Notes under the pieces: model-generated
What the model saw: the letters and a program-made list of their open reading frames with translations, nothing else
Databases searched by the model: none
What the model was told of the DNA's origin: nothing
Shown here: in pieces, positions 1 to 7,713 of the stretch
Layout of the letters: every line of letters begins with the position of its first letter
Numbering within the stretch: the stretch's first letter is position 1
Origin: Verrucomicrobiota bacterium
GTDB taxonomy: Bacteria > Verrucomicrobiota > Verrucomicrobiia > Limisphaerales > UBA9464
Length of the DNA stretch: 64,000 nt
NCBI GenBank assembly: GCA_043755815.1
Contig: JAYUSF010000224.1
Coordinates: 8,924 to 72,923 of the forward strand
Direction: 5' to 3'
Program-made: the position numbers and the translations under genes

Positions 1-1
1 T

Positions 2-1621
2 TATTCCGCCATCGGTCTGCCGGCGGACGACTCGGACCTGCTCAAGGGGCTCGCGGGTTCGCCCTACGCCGTGCGCGACTGCTTCGACGTGTGTCCGGAC
101 TACGCGACCGAGCCGACGAACCGGCTGGCCGAGTTCCGCGCGCTGGTGAACCGGATTCACCGGAACCGCCTCAAGGTCGTCATTGATCTGGTGCCCAACC
201 ACGTGGCCCGCAGCCATCAGTCGGTGGTGAAGCCGGAGTTGAACTTCGGCGCGCACGACGACCGCACGCGCTTCTTCTCGCCCTCGAACAACTTCTTCTA
301 TCTGCCCGGCCCGCTGCGCCTGCCCACGCTGAAGGACGGCCAGCCCGTGAGTCCGACGTGTCAGGTCACGGGCGGCTGCGACGGGGCGTTCGCCGGGGAA
401 ACGGATCACGCCAAAGTCACGGGGAACAACGTGACCACCAATGCGCCGAACGCCGGTGACTGGTATGAAACGGTGAAGCTGAACTACGGCTTCGACTTCA
501 CGCAGGGCCGGCATGGGCCGAAGGAATTTCCCACCGTGGAGGCGCCGGGCAAACCCATTCCCGACACCTGGCACAAGCTGGACGCCGTGCTCGCCCATTG
601 GCAGGCGCGCGGGGTGGACGGCTTCCGCTGCGACATGGCTCACTGGGTGCCGCAGGAGTTCTGGCGCTGGGCGATCAGCCGGGCGCGCGAACGGCGGCCC
701 GGCGCGCTCTTCGTTGCCGAGGCCTACGACAACGATCCGAACAAGCTGACTGACGGCAATGTGCTGAAGGCGCTGGTCGAATCGGGCTTCGATGCCGTTT
801 ACGACGATCAGAGCTACGACCTCCTGAAGGATCTTTACGACGGTCCGAAATGGGCCAACGACCTCGACGCTGTCCTGGGCGCCATCGCGCCTTTGCACCA
901 GTCGCTGCGCTACGCCGAAAACCACGACGAGGTTCGACTGGCGAATCCGAAGCACTGGGGTGGTCTGGGCGCGAAGGTCGGGCGACCGGTCAGCGCGCTG
1001 CTCTTCGCGTTCGGGCGCGGCCCGCTGCTGGTTTACAACGGCCAGGAAGTCGGCGAACCGGCCCTGGGCGCGGAGGGCTTCGGCGGCGACGACGGACGGA
1101 CGAGCATTTTCGACTATTGGTCCATGCCCGAACTGGCGAAGTGGGTGAATGGCCACCGCTACGACGGCGCGGCGCTGTCCGCCGACCAGCGCGAGCTGCG
1201 GGCGTGGTATGCCCGGCTGCTCAAGGTCACGCAGGGCCCGGGCTTCACGCACGGCGAATTCCTGCCGCTGAACGGCGCCAATCGCGACAACCCGCATTTC
1301 GGCCGGCTGCCTGGCGAAACCGCCAGCGGCCACTGGCTCTACGCCTTTCTGCGGCACGACGCCAGCAGCGGGCAGAGTTTCCTCGTGGTCGCCAACCTGC
1401 ACGGCCGGGAATCGCTGCGTGACCTGCGGATCCGCTTTTCGCCCGAAACTCTGGCGGCCCTGGGCGCCGCGCACGCCGACGCACCCATCGAATTTCGCGA
1501 CCAACTGGCCCCCAAACTCGCCGTGCGCGTCCGCACGCGCACGGCGGCTCTCCGCAGTGAAGGCCTCCGGCTGGCGGAACTGCCCCCCCTGACGGCGTGG
1601 TATTTGGAGGTCCGCAAATGA
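2..1621 (+). CDS. alpha-amylase family (GH13) glycoside hydrolase, 5'-truncated by window edge
   Basis: The frame is open from nt 2 (YSAIGLPADD...GSPYAVRDCFDV precedes the listed Met at 71). GH13 blocks occur in order: VIDLVPNHVA, GFRCDMAHWVP, FVAEAYD, YAENHDE. Confidence 0.85.
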   Translation, partial: YSAIGLPADDSDLLKGLAGSPYAVRDCFDVCPDYATEPTNRLAEFRALVNRIHRNRLKVVIDLVPNHVARSHQSVVKPELNFGAHDDRTRFFSPSNNFFYLPGPLRLPTLKDGQPVSPTCQVTGGCDGAFAGETDHAKVTGNNVTTNAPNAGDWYETVKLNYGFDFTQGRHGPKEFPTVEAPGKPIPDTWHKLDAVLAHWQARGVDGFRCDMAHWVPQEFWRWAISRARERRPGALFVAEAYDNDPNKLTDGNVLKALVESGFDAVYDDQSYDLLKDLYDGPKWANDLDAVLGAIAPLHQSLRYAENHDEVRLANPKHWGGLGAKVGRPVSALLFAFGRGPLLVYNGQEVGEPALGAEGFGGDDGRTSIFDYWSMPELAKWVNGHRYDGAALSADQRELRAWYARLLKVTQGPGFTHGEFLPLNGANRDNPHFGRLPGETASGHWLYAFLRHDASSGQSFLVVANLHGRESLRDLRIRFSPETLAALGAAHADAPIEFRDQLAPKLAVRVRTRTAALRSEGLRLAELPPLTAWYLEVRK

Positions 1622-1760
1622 GGCCCGGCCAGTTCGCCAACAAGACAACCAAAGCAGCCGCTTGACCGGGCTTGCCGGGAAAACCTAGTTTCCCGCTCCT
1701 TTGCCAGCCGCCTCCGGGGCGAACGGCAGGGTCAACAAGCATTCCGAAAGACAAGTTACT

Positions 1761-3095
1761 GTGAACGTTTCCGCCGAAAGTCTGGGTCCGTGCAAGAAGC
1801 TCCTCCGGGTCGAGGTGCCTGTCGAGAAGGTCACCGCCGCCTTCGAGGAAGTGGCCAGCGTCTATCAAAGACAGGTGTCCCTCCCCGGCTTCCGGCCCGG
1901 CAAAGTGCCGCGGCATCTGGTCGTGAAGTCGTTCGACGGCCGGATCCAGGAGGAGACCCGCAAGCGCCTGTTTGACCAATCCTACCGCGAGGCCACGCAG
2001 GAACAGAAGCTGCGCGTGATCGTGACCGTCAACGTCGAGGAGTTGTCCTTCGGCCGCGGCAAGCCCTTCAGCTACACCGTGACACTGGAGCACGCGCCCG
2101 AGTTTCCGCTGCCGACCTACAAGGGCCTCAAGGCGCGCCGCGAGCTGGCCAGCGCGAGCGACGCCGACGTGGACCGCGCGCTGAACATCCTCCGCACCCA
2201 GCATTCGAGCTTCAACGACGTGACGCGCGAAGCCGCGACGGGAGACGCCGTGGTGGTGAACTACACCGGGACCTGCGAGGGCAAGCCGATCACCGACTTC
2301 AACCCGACGGCAATCGGCCTCACGTCCAAGAAGGACACCTGGATGCTCATCGGCGAAGGCCAGTTCATCGCCGGCTTCACGGAACAGCTCCTCGGGACCA
2401 AGGCCGGTGACAAACGCACGGTGACCGTGACCTTCCCGGCCGACTTCGTGATCGGCGAGGTCGCCGGCAAGCAGGGGGTGTTCGAGGTCGAGATCACCGG
2501 CGTGAAGGAGCGGATCCTGCCCGCCGTGACCGACGAGTTCGCCAAGGGTTTCGGGGCCGAAAGCTCCGCCCAACTGCTCGAAGGCATCCGCCGCGACCTG
2601 CAGAACGAGCTGGATTTCCGGGCGAAACGCGCGGTGCGCGACCAGTTGCTGAAGCAGTTGCTCGAGCAGGTGAGCTTTGAGCTGCCCGAGAGCGTGGTCG
2701 CCAGCGAAACGCGCAACCTCGTTTACAACATCGTGAACGAAAACCAGCGCCGCGGCGTCGCCAAGGAGATCATCGAGGGCAAGAAGGACGAGATCTTCCA
2801 GAACGCCAGCACGAGCGCCAAGGACCGCGTCAAGGCGGCCTTCATCCTCAACCAGATCGCCGTCGCCGAGAAGATCTCGGTGGACCAGCAGGAACTGACC
2901 CAGCGGGTGCTCCAGCTCGCCCAGCAGAACAACGTGAAGCCCGAGCAGATGGTGAAGACCCTGCAGGAGCGGAACTCGTTCCCCGAACTGCAGCAGGACA
3001 TCCTCACCGGCAAGGTGCTCGACTGGCTTGAACTCAACGGCCAGATTGACGACGTGGTCGCGGGCATTCCGATTCCGGCCAGCCCGGCGGCCTGA
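1761..3095 (+). CDS. tig: trigger factor
   Basis: N-terminal ribosome-binding signature LPGFRPGKVPRHLV, a central FKBP-like region and a typical ~440-aa length. GTG at 1761 (VNVSAESLGP...) is preferred over the TTG at 1701. Confidence 0.9.
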   Translation: MNVSAESLGPCKKLLRVEVPVEKVTAAFEEVASVYQRQVSLPGFRPGKVPRHLVVKSFDGRIQEETRKRLFDQSYREATQEQKLRVIVTVNVEELSFGRGKPFSYTVTLEHAPEFPLPTYKGLKARRELASASDADVDRALNILRTQHSSFNDVTREAATGDAVVVNYTGTCEGKPITDFNPTAIGLTSKKDTWMLIGEGQFIAGFTEQLLGTKAGDKRTVTVTFPADFVIGEVAGKQGVFEVEITGVKERILPAVTDEFAKGFGAESSAQLLEGIRRDLQNELDFRAKRAVRDQLLKQLLEQVSFELPESVVASETRNLVYNIVNENQRRGVAKEIIEGKKDEIFQNASTSAKDRVKAAFILNQIAVAEKISVDQQELTQRVLQLAQQNNVKPEQMVKTLQERNSFPELQQDILTGKVLDWLELNGQIDDVVAGIPIPASPAA

Positions 3096-3115
3096 ACCCG
3101 GTCCCGGTAGAATTG

Positions 3116-3148
3116 AAACGGCGGCCTGCGGGCCGCCGTTTTGCTTGC
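3116..3148 (+). terminator. rho-independent terminator downstream of tig
   Basis: Stem ACGGCGGCC, loop TGCG, stem GGCCGCCGT, followed by TTTGCTTGC, about 20 nt after the tig stop. Confidence 0.7.
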
Positions 3149-3206
3149 TCCGGCGCAACAACCAGTTCACCCGTCGTCCGGTCTGTGGTTTCCTTCCGGG
3201 GCACCG

Positions 3207-4298
3207 ATGAACATCCCGTTCCTCAATCCAGGCGCGCAGTTCCACACCTTGCGCGCGGAAATCATGGCAGCCGTCGAGGGTGTCCTGGCCAAGGGCCACT
3301 ACATCCTCGGCCCCAACGTCGCCGCCTTCGAACAGGAGGTCGCGGCCCATTGCGGCGCGCGTTTCGGGGTTGGCGTCAATTCCGGTTCCGACGCGCTGAC
3401 GCTCGCCTTGAAGGCGCTCGGTGTCGGTCCGGGCGATGAGGTCATCACCACACCCTTCACCTACATCGCACCGGCGGAGAGCATCCATCAGCTCGGCGCC
3501 AAGATCGTGTTTGCGGACATCCACCCCCGGCGCTTTACGGTGGACCCGGCCGAAGTGGCGAAACGGATCACGGCCCGCACCAAGGCGCTGCTGCCGGTGC
3601 ACCTCTTCGGGCAGGCCGCACCGCTGCGCGAGCTCGAACGCTTCGGCCTGCCGATCGTCGAAGACTGCGCCCAAGCCATCGGGGTGACCTACGACGGCCG
3701 CCCGGTCGCCGGCCAGGGTGCGCTGGGCTGCCTCAGCTTTTATCCAACGAAGAACCTCGGCGCGTGCGGCGACGGCGGCATGGTCGTCACTCAGGACGAG
3801 GCCTTGGCGAAGACGCTCCGCATGATGCGGGTCCATGGAATCGAAAAGCGCTACCATCACGACTTGCACGGCTATAACTCGCGCCTTGATGAGCTTCAGG
3901 CCGCCATCCTGCGCGTTAAGCTGCCGCACTTGGACGCCGGCAACGCACGGAGGATCGCGCTGGCGGCCCGCTACAGCGCCGGGCTGGCGGGTTTGCCCGT
4001 TGAGCTGCCGGACATCCAGCCTGGCAGTTCGCACATCTACCACGTTTACGCGCTGCTCACCGACCGGCGCGACGCCCTGCAAGCCCACCTCGCGGCCAAC
4101 GGCGTGCCCACGCTCATCTACTACCCGCTGCCGCTGCACCTGCAGAAGTGCTACGCCGATCAGGGCTGGAGAGCCGGCGACTTCCCGGTCGCCGAAGCCG
4201 TGTCGGCCCGCATCCTGCCGTTGCCGATGTATCCGGAACTCACCGAGGAACAGGTGGACTACGTGATTGCCCAGGTGCGGGGATTCTTCGCCGCGTGA
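3207..4298 (+). CDS. DegT/DnrJ/EryC1/StrS family PLP-dependent sugar aminotransferase
   Basis: MNIPFLNPGAQF start; GVNSGSDALTLALKALGVGPGDEVITTPFTY; PLP-lysine block SFYPTKNLGACGDGGMVVT. Confidence 0.88.
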   Translation: MNIPFLNPGAQFHTLRAEIMAAVEGVLAKGHYILGPNVAAFEQEVAAHCGARFGVGVNSGSDALTLALKALGVGPGDEVITTPFTYIAPAESIHQLGAKIVFADIHPRRFTVDPAEVAKRITARTKALLPVHLFGQAAPLRELERFGLPIVEDCAQAIGVTYDGRPVAGQGALGCLSFYPTKNLGACGDGGMVVTQDEALAKTLRMMRVHGIEKRYHHDLHGYNSRLDELQAAILRVKLPHLDAGNARRIALAARYSAGLAGLPVELPDIQPGSSHIYHVYALLTDRRDALQAHLAANGVPTLIYYPLPLHLQKCYADQGWRAGDFPVAEAVSARILPLPMYPELTEEQVDYVIAQVRGFFAA

Positions 4299-4311
4299 GC
4301 GCGGTCCGGCG

Positions 4312-5865
4312 TCACTCGGCGTCGCTCTTGCCGGTGAAGGCGGCGAGCAGTTCGATGATTCGGTCCGTTTCGCCCGCGGCCGTCGCCCCGTTCCGGACCG
4401 GCACATAGCCGTTCACCAGGATGCTGAAGGCCACCGTCTCGCCCCCCAGTGTGTCCACGTAACCCGAAAGGCCGGCTACGTGCCGCAACGAACCGGTCTT
4501 GGCGCGGACCCGTCCCTTCAGCTCGGGCGCCGTAAAACGGCGCTGCAGGGTGCCGTCGACCCCGCCGACCGGGAGCGCATCCAGCCACGCGGCGTGGGCC
4601 GGATGACGGTGCATGTGGAGGAGCAACTGCACGACGGCACCGGGCGTCGCCAGGTTCTTGCGTGACAAGCCGGAGCCTTCCTCAAAGACCACTTCGTGCG
4701 CGGCAATGCCAACCTTGGCGAGCAAGGTTCGGAGCGCGCGAAGGCCGGCAGCTTCTGTCGTTTCGGCCAGCGGCAGACCGATCTCCTTGCCGACCGGCGA
4801 CCGTTCGGTCTCGACGCCCGCCAGTTGCCAGAGCGACTGGGCGTAAAAATTCTGCGACGGCTTCATCATGGCGCGAACGACCTCCGCCAGCTTTGGCGAC
4901 GGCACGGCGGCGAGCTGCTGCCACTCGCCCGAAACTCGCGGGTGTTCGGCGCGTTCCCGCCAGTCCACTTCCCGGACGCCGCCGGTCACCGTCACCCCGG
5001 CATGCTGGAGCGCGAGGCGGAGCAGTTCTCCAAAATACCGGGCTGGTGCGGGGACCGTGACCTCCTCGGTTTGCACGCCGCCGCCCAGCGGCACGAGGCC
5101 GCGCACCGTCACCCGCGACTCACCGGGCAGGCGCTCGACCTTCAGGTCGGCCGGGGCGTTGCCCGGTCCGGTGCTGATCTGCCCGGCCAATTCCACCAGC
5201 CGGTTCAGCGGTTCCAGCCTCAACGTCGCCGCCGCTCCCACCGTGGCGCCCGGCGTCACGCGCAGGTGCAAGACGTTGTCATTGGCGGAAAGGGCCGGGG
5301 AGGCCGCTCCGTAGTAGTAGCCAAGGTCGTCCCAATTCCAACCGCTGCCGTAGGGCGGACCGCGAAACAGGCTGGTGTCGCAAACCAGATCGCCACCGAT
5401 GCGGCGGATGCCAGCATTGGTCACGGCGGCGACAAACGGCGCAAAGGCCGCCTCCCAAATGCCGTTGTTCAGCCGGTCCGAGATCGTCGGATCGCCCCCG
5501 CCCACGACCAGAAGGTCACCCATGACGGCCTCGCCCTTCGTTCCGGCCGGCACCCAGAGACCCGTGATCAGCCGCCGATTCGGGTCCAATCGGTCCAAGG
5601 CGAGGGCGGCGGTGAACAGCTTGGCGGTCGATGCCGGCACGAACAGACCTGCGGCGTTCGTCTCAAAAAGGGTGCGGCCGGTCTGCACCGAAACCGCCTT
5701 CACGCCCCACCGGGCACCGGGCGCGGCGGTGGTGGCGAGCACCCGCCGGAGCTGTAGCTGCAAGTCTGCCCGCGAAGCCGGCCTGGTCTTTTCAGCCAAC
5801 CCCTGGCGTGATAGAACCGAGCTCAGCCAGACGAGCAGGAGAAGAAAACTCCGAAGCCATCGCAT
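4312..5865 (-). CDS. dacB: D-alanyl-D-alanine carboxypeptidase/endopeptidase (PBP4, peptidase S13)
   Basis: SxxK (PASTAKLFT), SxN (SGLSRKN) and KTG (AKTGSL) motifs in the correct order. Signal peptide MRWLRSFLLLLVWLSSVLS starts at ATG 5865 (the track start at 5883 is TTG). Confidence 0.88.
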   Translation of the reverse strand: MRWLRSFLLLLVWLSSVLSRQGLAEKTRPASRADLQLQLRRVLATTAAPGARWGVKAVSVQTGRTLFETNAAGLFVPASTAKLFTAALALDRLDPNRRLITGLWVPAGTKGEAVMGDLLVVGGGDPTISDRLNNGIWEAAFAPFVAAVTNAGIRRIGGDLVCDTSLFRGPPYGSGWNWDDLGYYYGAASPALSANDNVLHLRVTPGATVGAAATLRLEPLNRLVELAGQISTGPGNAPADLKVERLPGESRVTVRGLVPLGGGVQTEEVTVPAPARYFGELLRLALQHAGVTVTGGVREVDWRERAEHPRVSGEWQQLAAVPSPKLAEVVRAMMKPSQNFYAQSLWQLAGVETERSPVGKEIGLPLAETTEAAGLRALRTLLAKVGIAAHEVVFEEGSGLSRKNLATPGAVVQLLLHMHRHPAHAAWLDALPVGGVDGTLQRRFTAPELKGRVRAKTGSLRHVAGLSGYVDTLGGETVAFSILVNGYVPVRNGATAAGETDRIIELLAAFTGKSDAE

Positions 5866-5945
5866 GGGGAAACATTTTGCCAAATGCGCCGGAGTGGCTA
5901 CATCGTTTTGGTGTGGAGGGGCTGCATTTTCCTGACCGGCACATT

Positions 5946-6410
5946 GTGCTGGCGGCGGATGGCTGGGTGGATCTGGGCGACGCGGTGGAAGCCGCCCGCG
6001 AACTGAGCCACCTCAGCCTCGCCGGCCGGAGGCATCCCGATGCGCTGGAAGTTCACTGGCGGGTGTTGGCCAAGCTGACCGACTGGCCGGGCGCCCTGAA
6101 GGTCGCCATGGAGATGGTCACCGCCGCCCCGGAACGGGCCACCGCCTGGATTCACCGGAGCTACACGTTGCACGAACTCAAGCGCACGGCCGATGCCCTC
6201 GATGCCTTGTTGCCCGCCGTCGACCGGTTTCCCGACGAACCGATCATTCCCTACAACCTCGCCTGCTACGCCTGCCAGCTTGGCAACGTGCCGATGGCCA
6301 AGGTCTGGCTCCGCAAGGCCGCCAGCCTCCGCGGTCGCGAAGCCATCCGCAAGATGGCCAAGGAAGACACGGACCTGTCGCCCCTGTTGGAATTCCTCGC
6401 CGCCCTCTGA
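5946..6410 (+). CDS. small TPR-like helical repeat protein (hypothetical)
   Basis: C-terminal PDEPIIPYNLACYACQLGNVPMAKVWLRKA...DLSPLLEFL resembles a short conserved TPR-like family. The track ORF start (5631) overlaps dacB and is rejected. The start is uncertain (GTG 5946, GTG 5913 or ATG 6108). Confidence 0.55.
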   Translation: MLAADGWVDLGDAVEAARELSHLSLAGRRHPDALEVHWRVLAKLTDWPGALKVAMEMVTAAPERATAWIHRSYTLHELKRTADALDALLPAVDRFPDEPIIPYNLACYACQLGNVPMAKVWLRKAASLRGREAIRKMAKEDTDLSPLLEFLAAL

Positions 6411-6431
6411 GCCACCGCTACCGTCGCCGAC

Positions 6432-7199
6432 GTGACTGCGGACAAATTCACCGTCGAACGGCTGGCCGCCATGAAGGGCCGACGGCGCATCCCGGCCTTG
6501 ACGGCATATGACTTCCCGATGGCCCGGCTGCTGGATGAAGCCGGCATCCCCCTGCTCTTGGTCGGGGATTCCCTCGGCATGGTCGTGCTGGGCTACCCGG
6601 ATACCACGCACGTCACGATGGCCGAGATGGAGCATCACCTCCGCGCCGTGGCCCGGGCCAAGCCTCGCGCGCTGATCGGCGGCGATCTGCCGTATCGCAG
6701 CTACGACACCCCGGAACAGGCGCTCGACAACGCCCACCGGCTGGTCGCGGCCGGCGCCGACTACGTGAAAGCCGAGGGTGGACAGGAAATCCTGCCGCAG
6801 GCGCAGGCGATCATCCGGGCGGGCATTCCCTTCTGCGCCCATCTTGGCATGTTGCCCCAGCATGTATTGGAGGAAGGCGGCAAATACCGCATCAAGGGCC
6901 GGGATGAGGCCGGTCGCCAGAAGCTGCTCGACGACGCCCTCGCGCTCGAGACGGCGGGCGCCTTTGCCTGCGTGCTGGAACTCGTGACGCCGCCGGTCGC
7001 GAAAGAAGTCACCCAGCTTTGCTCCAGGATGCTGACCATTGGCATCGGCAGCGGGCCGGACTGCGATGGGCAGATTCTCGTGACGCCGGACCTGACGGGC
7101 GCCTTCCCGTGGTTCACGCCGAAATTCGTGACCCCGCGGGCTAAGACCGGTGAAGAATCCCGCCGTGCCGTGACGGAGTGGATGGCCTCGCTGGGCTGA
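6432..7199 (+). CDS. panB: 3-methyl-2-oxobutanoate hydroxymethyltransferase
   Basis: LTAYDFPMARLLDEAGIPLLLVGDSLGMVVLGY and YVKAEGG blocks; length 255 aa. Confidence 0.92.
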   Translation: MTADKFTVERLAAMKGRRRIPALTAYDFPMARLLDEAGIPLLLVGDSLGMVVLGYPDTTHVTMAEMEHHLRAVARAKPRALIGGDLPYRSYDTPEQALDNAHRLVAAGADYVKAEGGQEILPQAQAIIRAGIPFCAHLGMLPQHVLEEGGKYRIKGRDEAGRQKLLDDALALETAGAFACVLELVTPPVAKEVTQLCSRMLTIGIGSGPDCDGQILVTPDLTGAFPWFTPKFVTPRAKTGEESRRAVTEWMASLG

Positions 7200-7257
7200 A
7201 GGCAGGACCGCGCCTGCTACCAACTTCCGTTGAATTGAGGCAGAACCCGGCTTCGAA

Positions 7258-7311
7258 CTGTGGGCGGCTTGCCCTGCAAGCCAGGCGGGTTGCGGGGCAA
7301 CCCGCCCACAG
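7258..7311. repeat. palindromic intergenic repeat, copy A (inverted, variant hairpin)
   Basis: CTGTGGGCGG...CCGCCCACAG termini enclose two GC hairpins (GGCTTGC-CCT-GCAAGCC and GGGTTGC-GGG-GCAACCC). The reverse complement shares its first 27 nt with the copies at 34518 and 50946. Confidence 0.85.
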
Positions 7312-7338
7312 TTTTGCAAAAATCACACCTGCTTGGTA

Positions 7339-7713
7339 TCAATCCTTCAGCCAGGTGACGAACCGGAACGGGTCCGCGTGCCAGAGCGCGAGCACGAGAA
7401 TCCAGCCGGCCGCAAAGAGGGCGAGGTGGACGACGTGAAACCGCCAGCCGCCCCGGGTCGCGCGGAAGCAGAGCAGGCCAAGCCCGATGACCGGCGCCAC
7501 AAAGGTGCTGGTCGCAAACAGCCAGAGCGCGACGAGTTGGTGAGCCTTCAGCGCCACCGTCGAATAGTCCTCCAACATCGGCTTGGGCCAGTGACCGAAT
7601 CCCAGGCGGACGTGCAACATCAAGGTCACGAAGGCGAGCAACAGCGACGGTGACGTCGCGGCGCAGAGCCACGAGGGCCAGGCGATCCGGGGACGCTGGG
7701 CAATGGGATTCAT
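7339..7713 (-). CDS. small polytopic membrane protein (hypothetical, about 4 TM)
   Basis: Hydrophobic spans SLLLAFVTLMLHV, LVALWLFATSTFVAPVIGLGLL and VVHLALFAAGWILVLAL. ATG 7713 overlaps the stop of the upstream gene (ATGA), implying translational coupling. Confidence 0.6.
   Translation of the reverse strand: MNPIAQRPRIAWPSWLCAATSPSLLLAFVTLMLHVRLGFGHWPKPMLEDYSTVALKAHQLVALWLFATSTFVAPVIGLGLLCFRATRGGWRFHVVHLALFAAGWILVLALWHADPFRFVTWLKD

Noticed and set aside
1662-1691. Possible sigma-70 promoter for tig (TTGACC, 18 nt, TAGTTT).
   Set aside because: The hexamers are plausible, but promoter consensus for this lineage is unknown and the match could be chance; not listed as a feature.
1245-4406. 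1053-aa ORF on the minus strand spanning the amylase 3' end, tig and the DegT-family gene.
   Set aside because: It is antisense to three genes with strong family signatures. The translation is Arg/Gly/Ala/Pro-rich with no motifs. Long stop-free antisense frames are expected in G+C-rich DNA. The same reasoning applies to 24783-26567(+), 33338-34720(-), 44632-46644(+), 49091-50944(+), 51024-52976(+), 52777-54066(+), 59254-60531(-) and similar ORFs.
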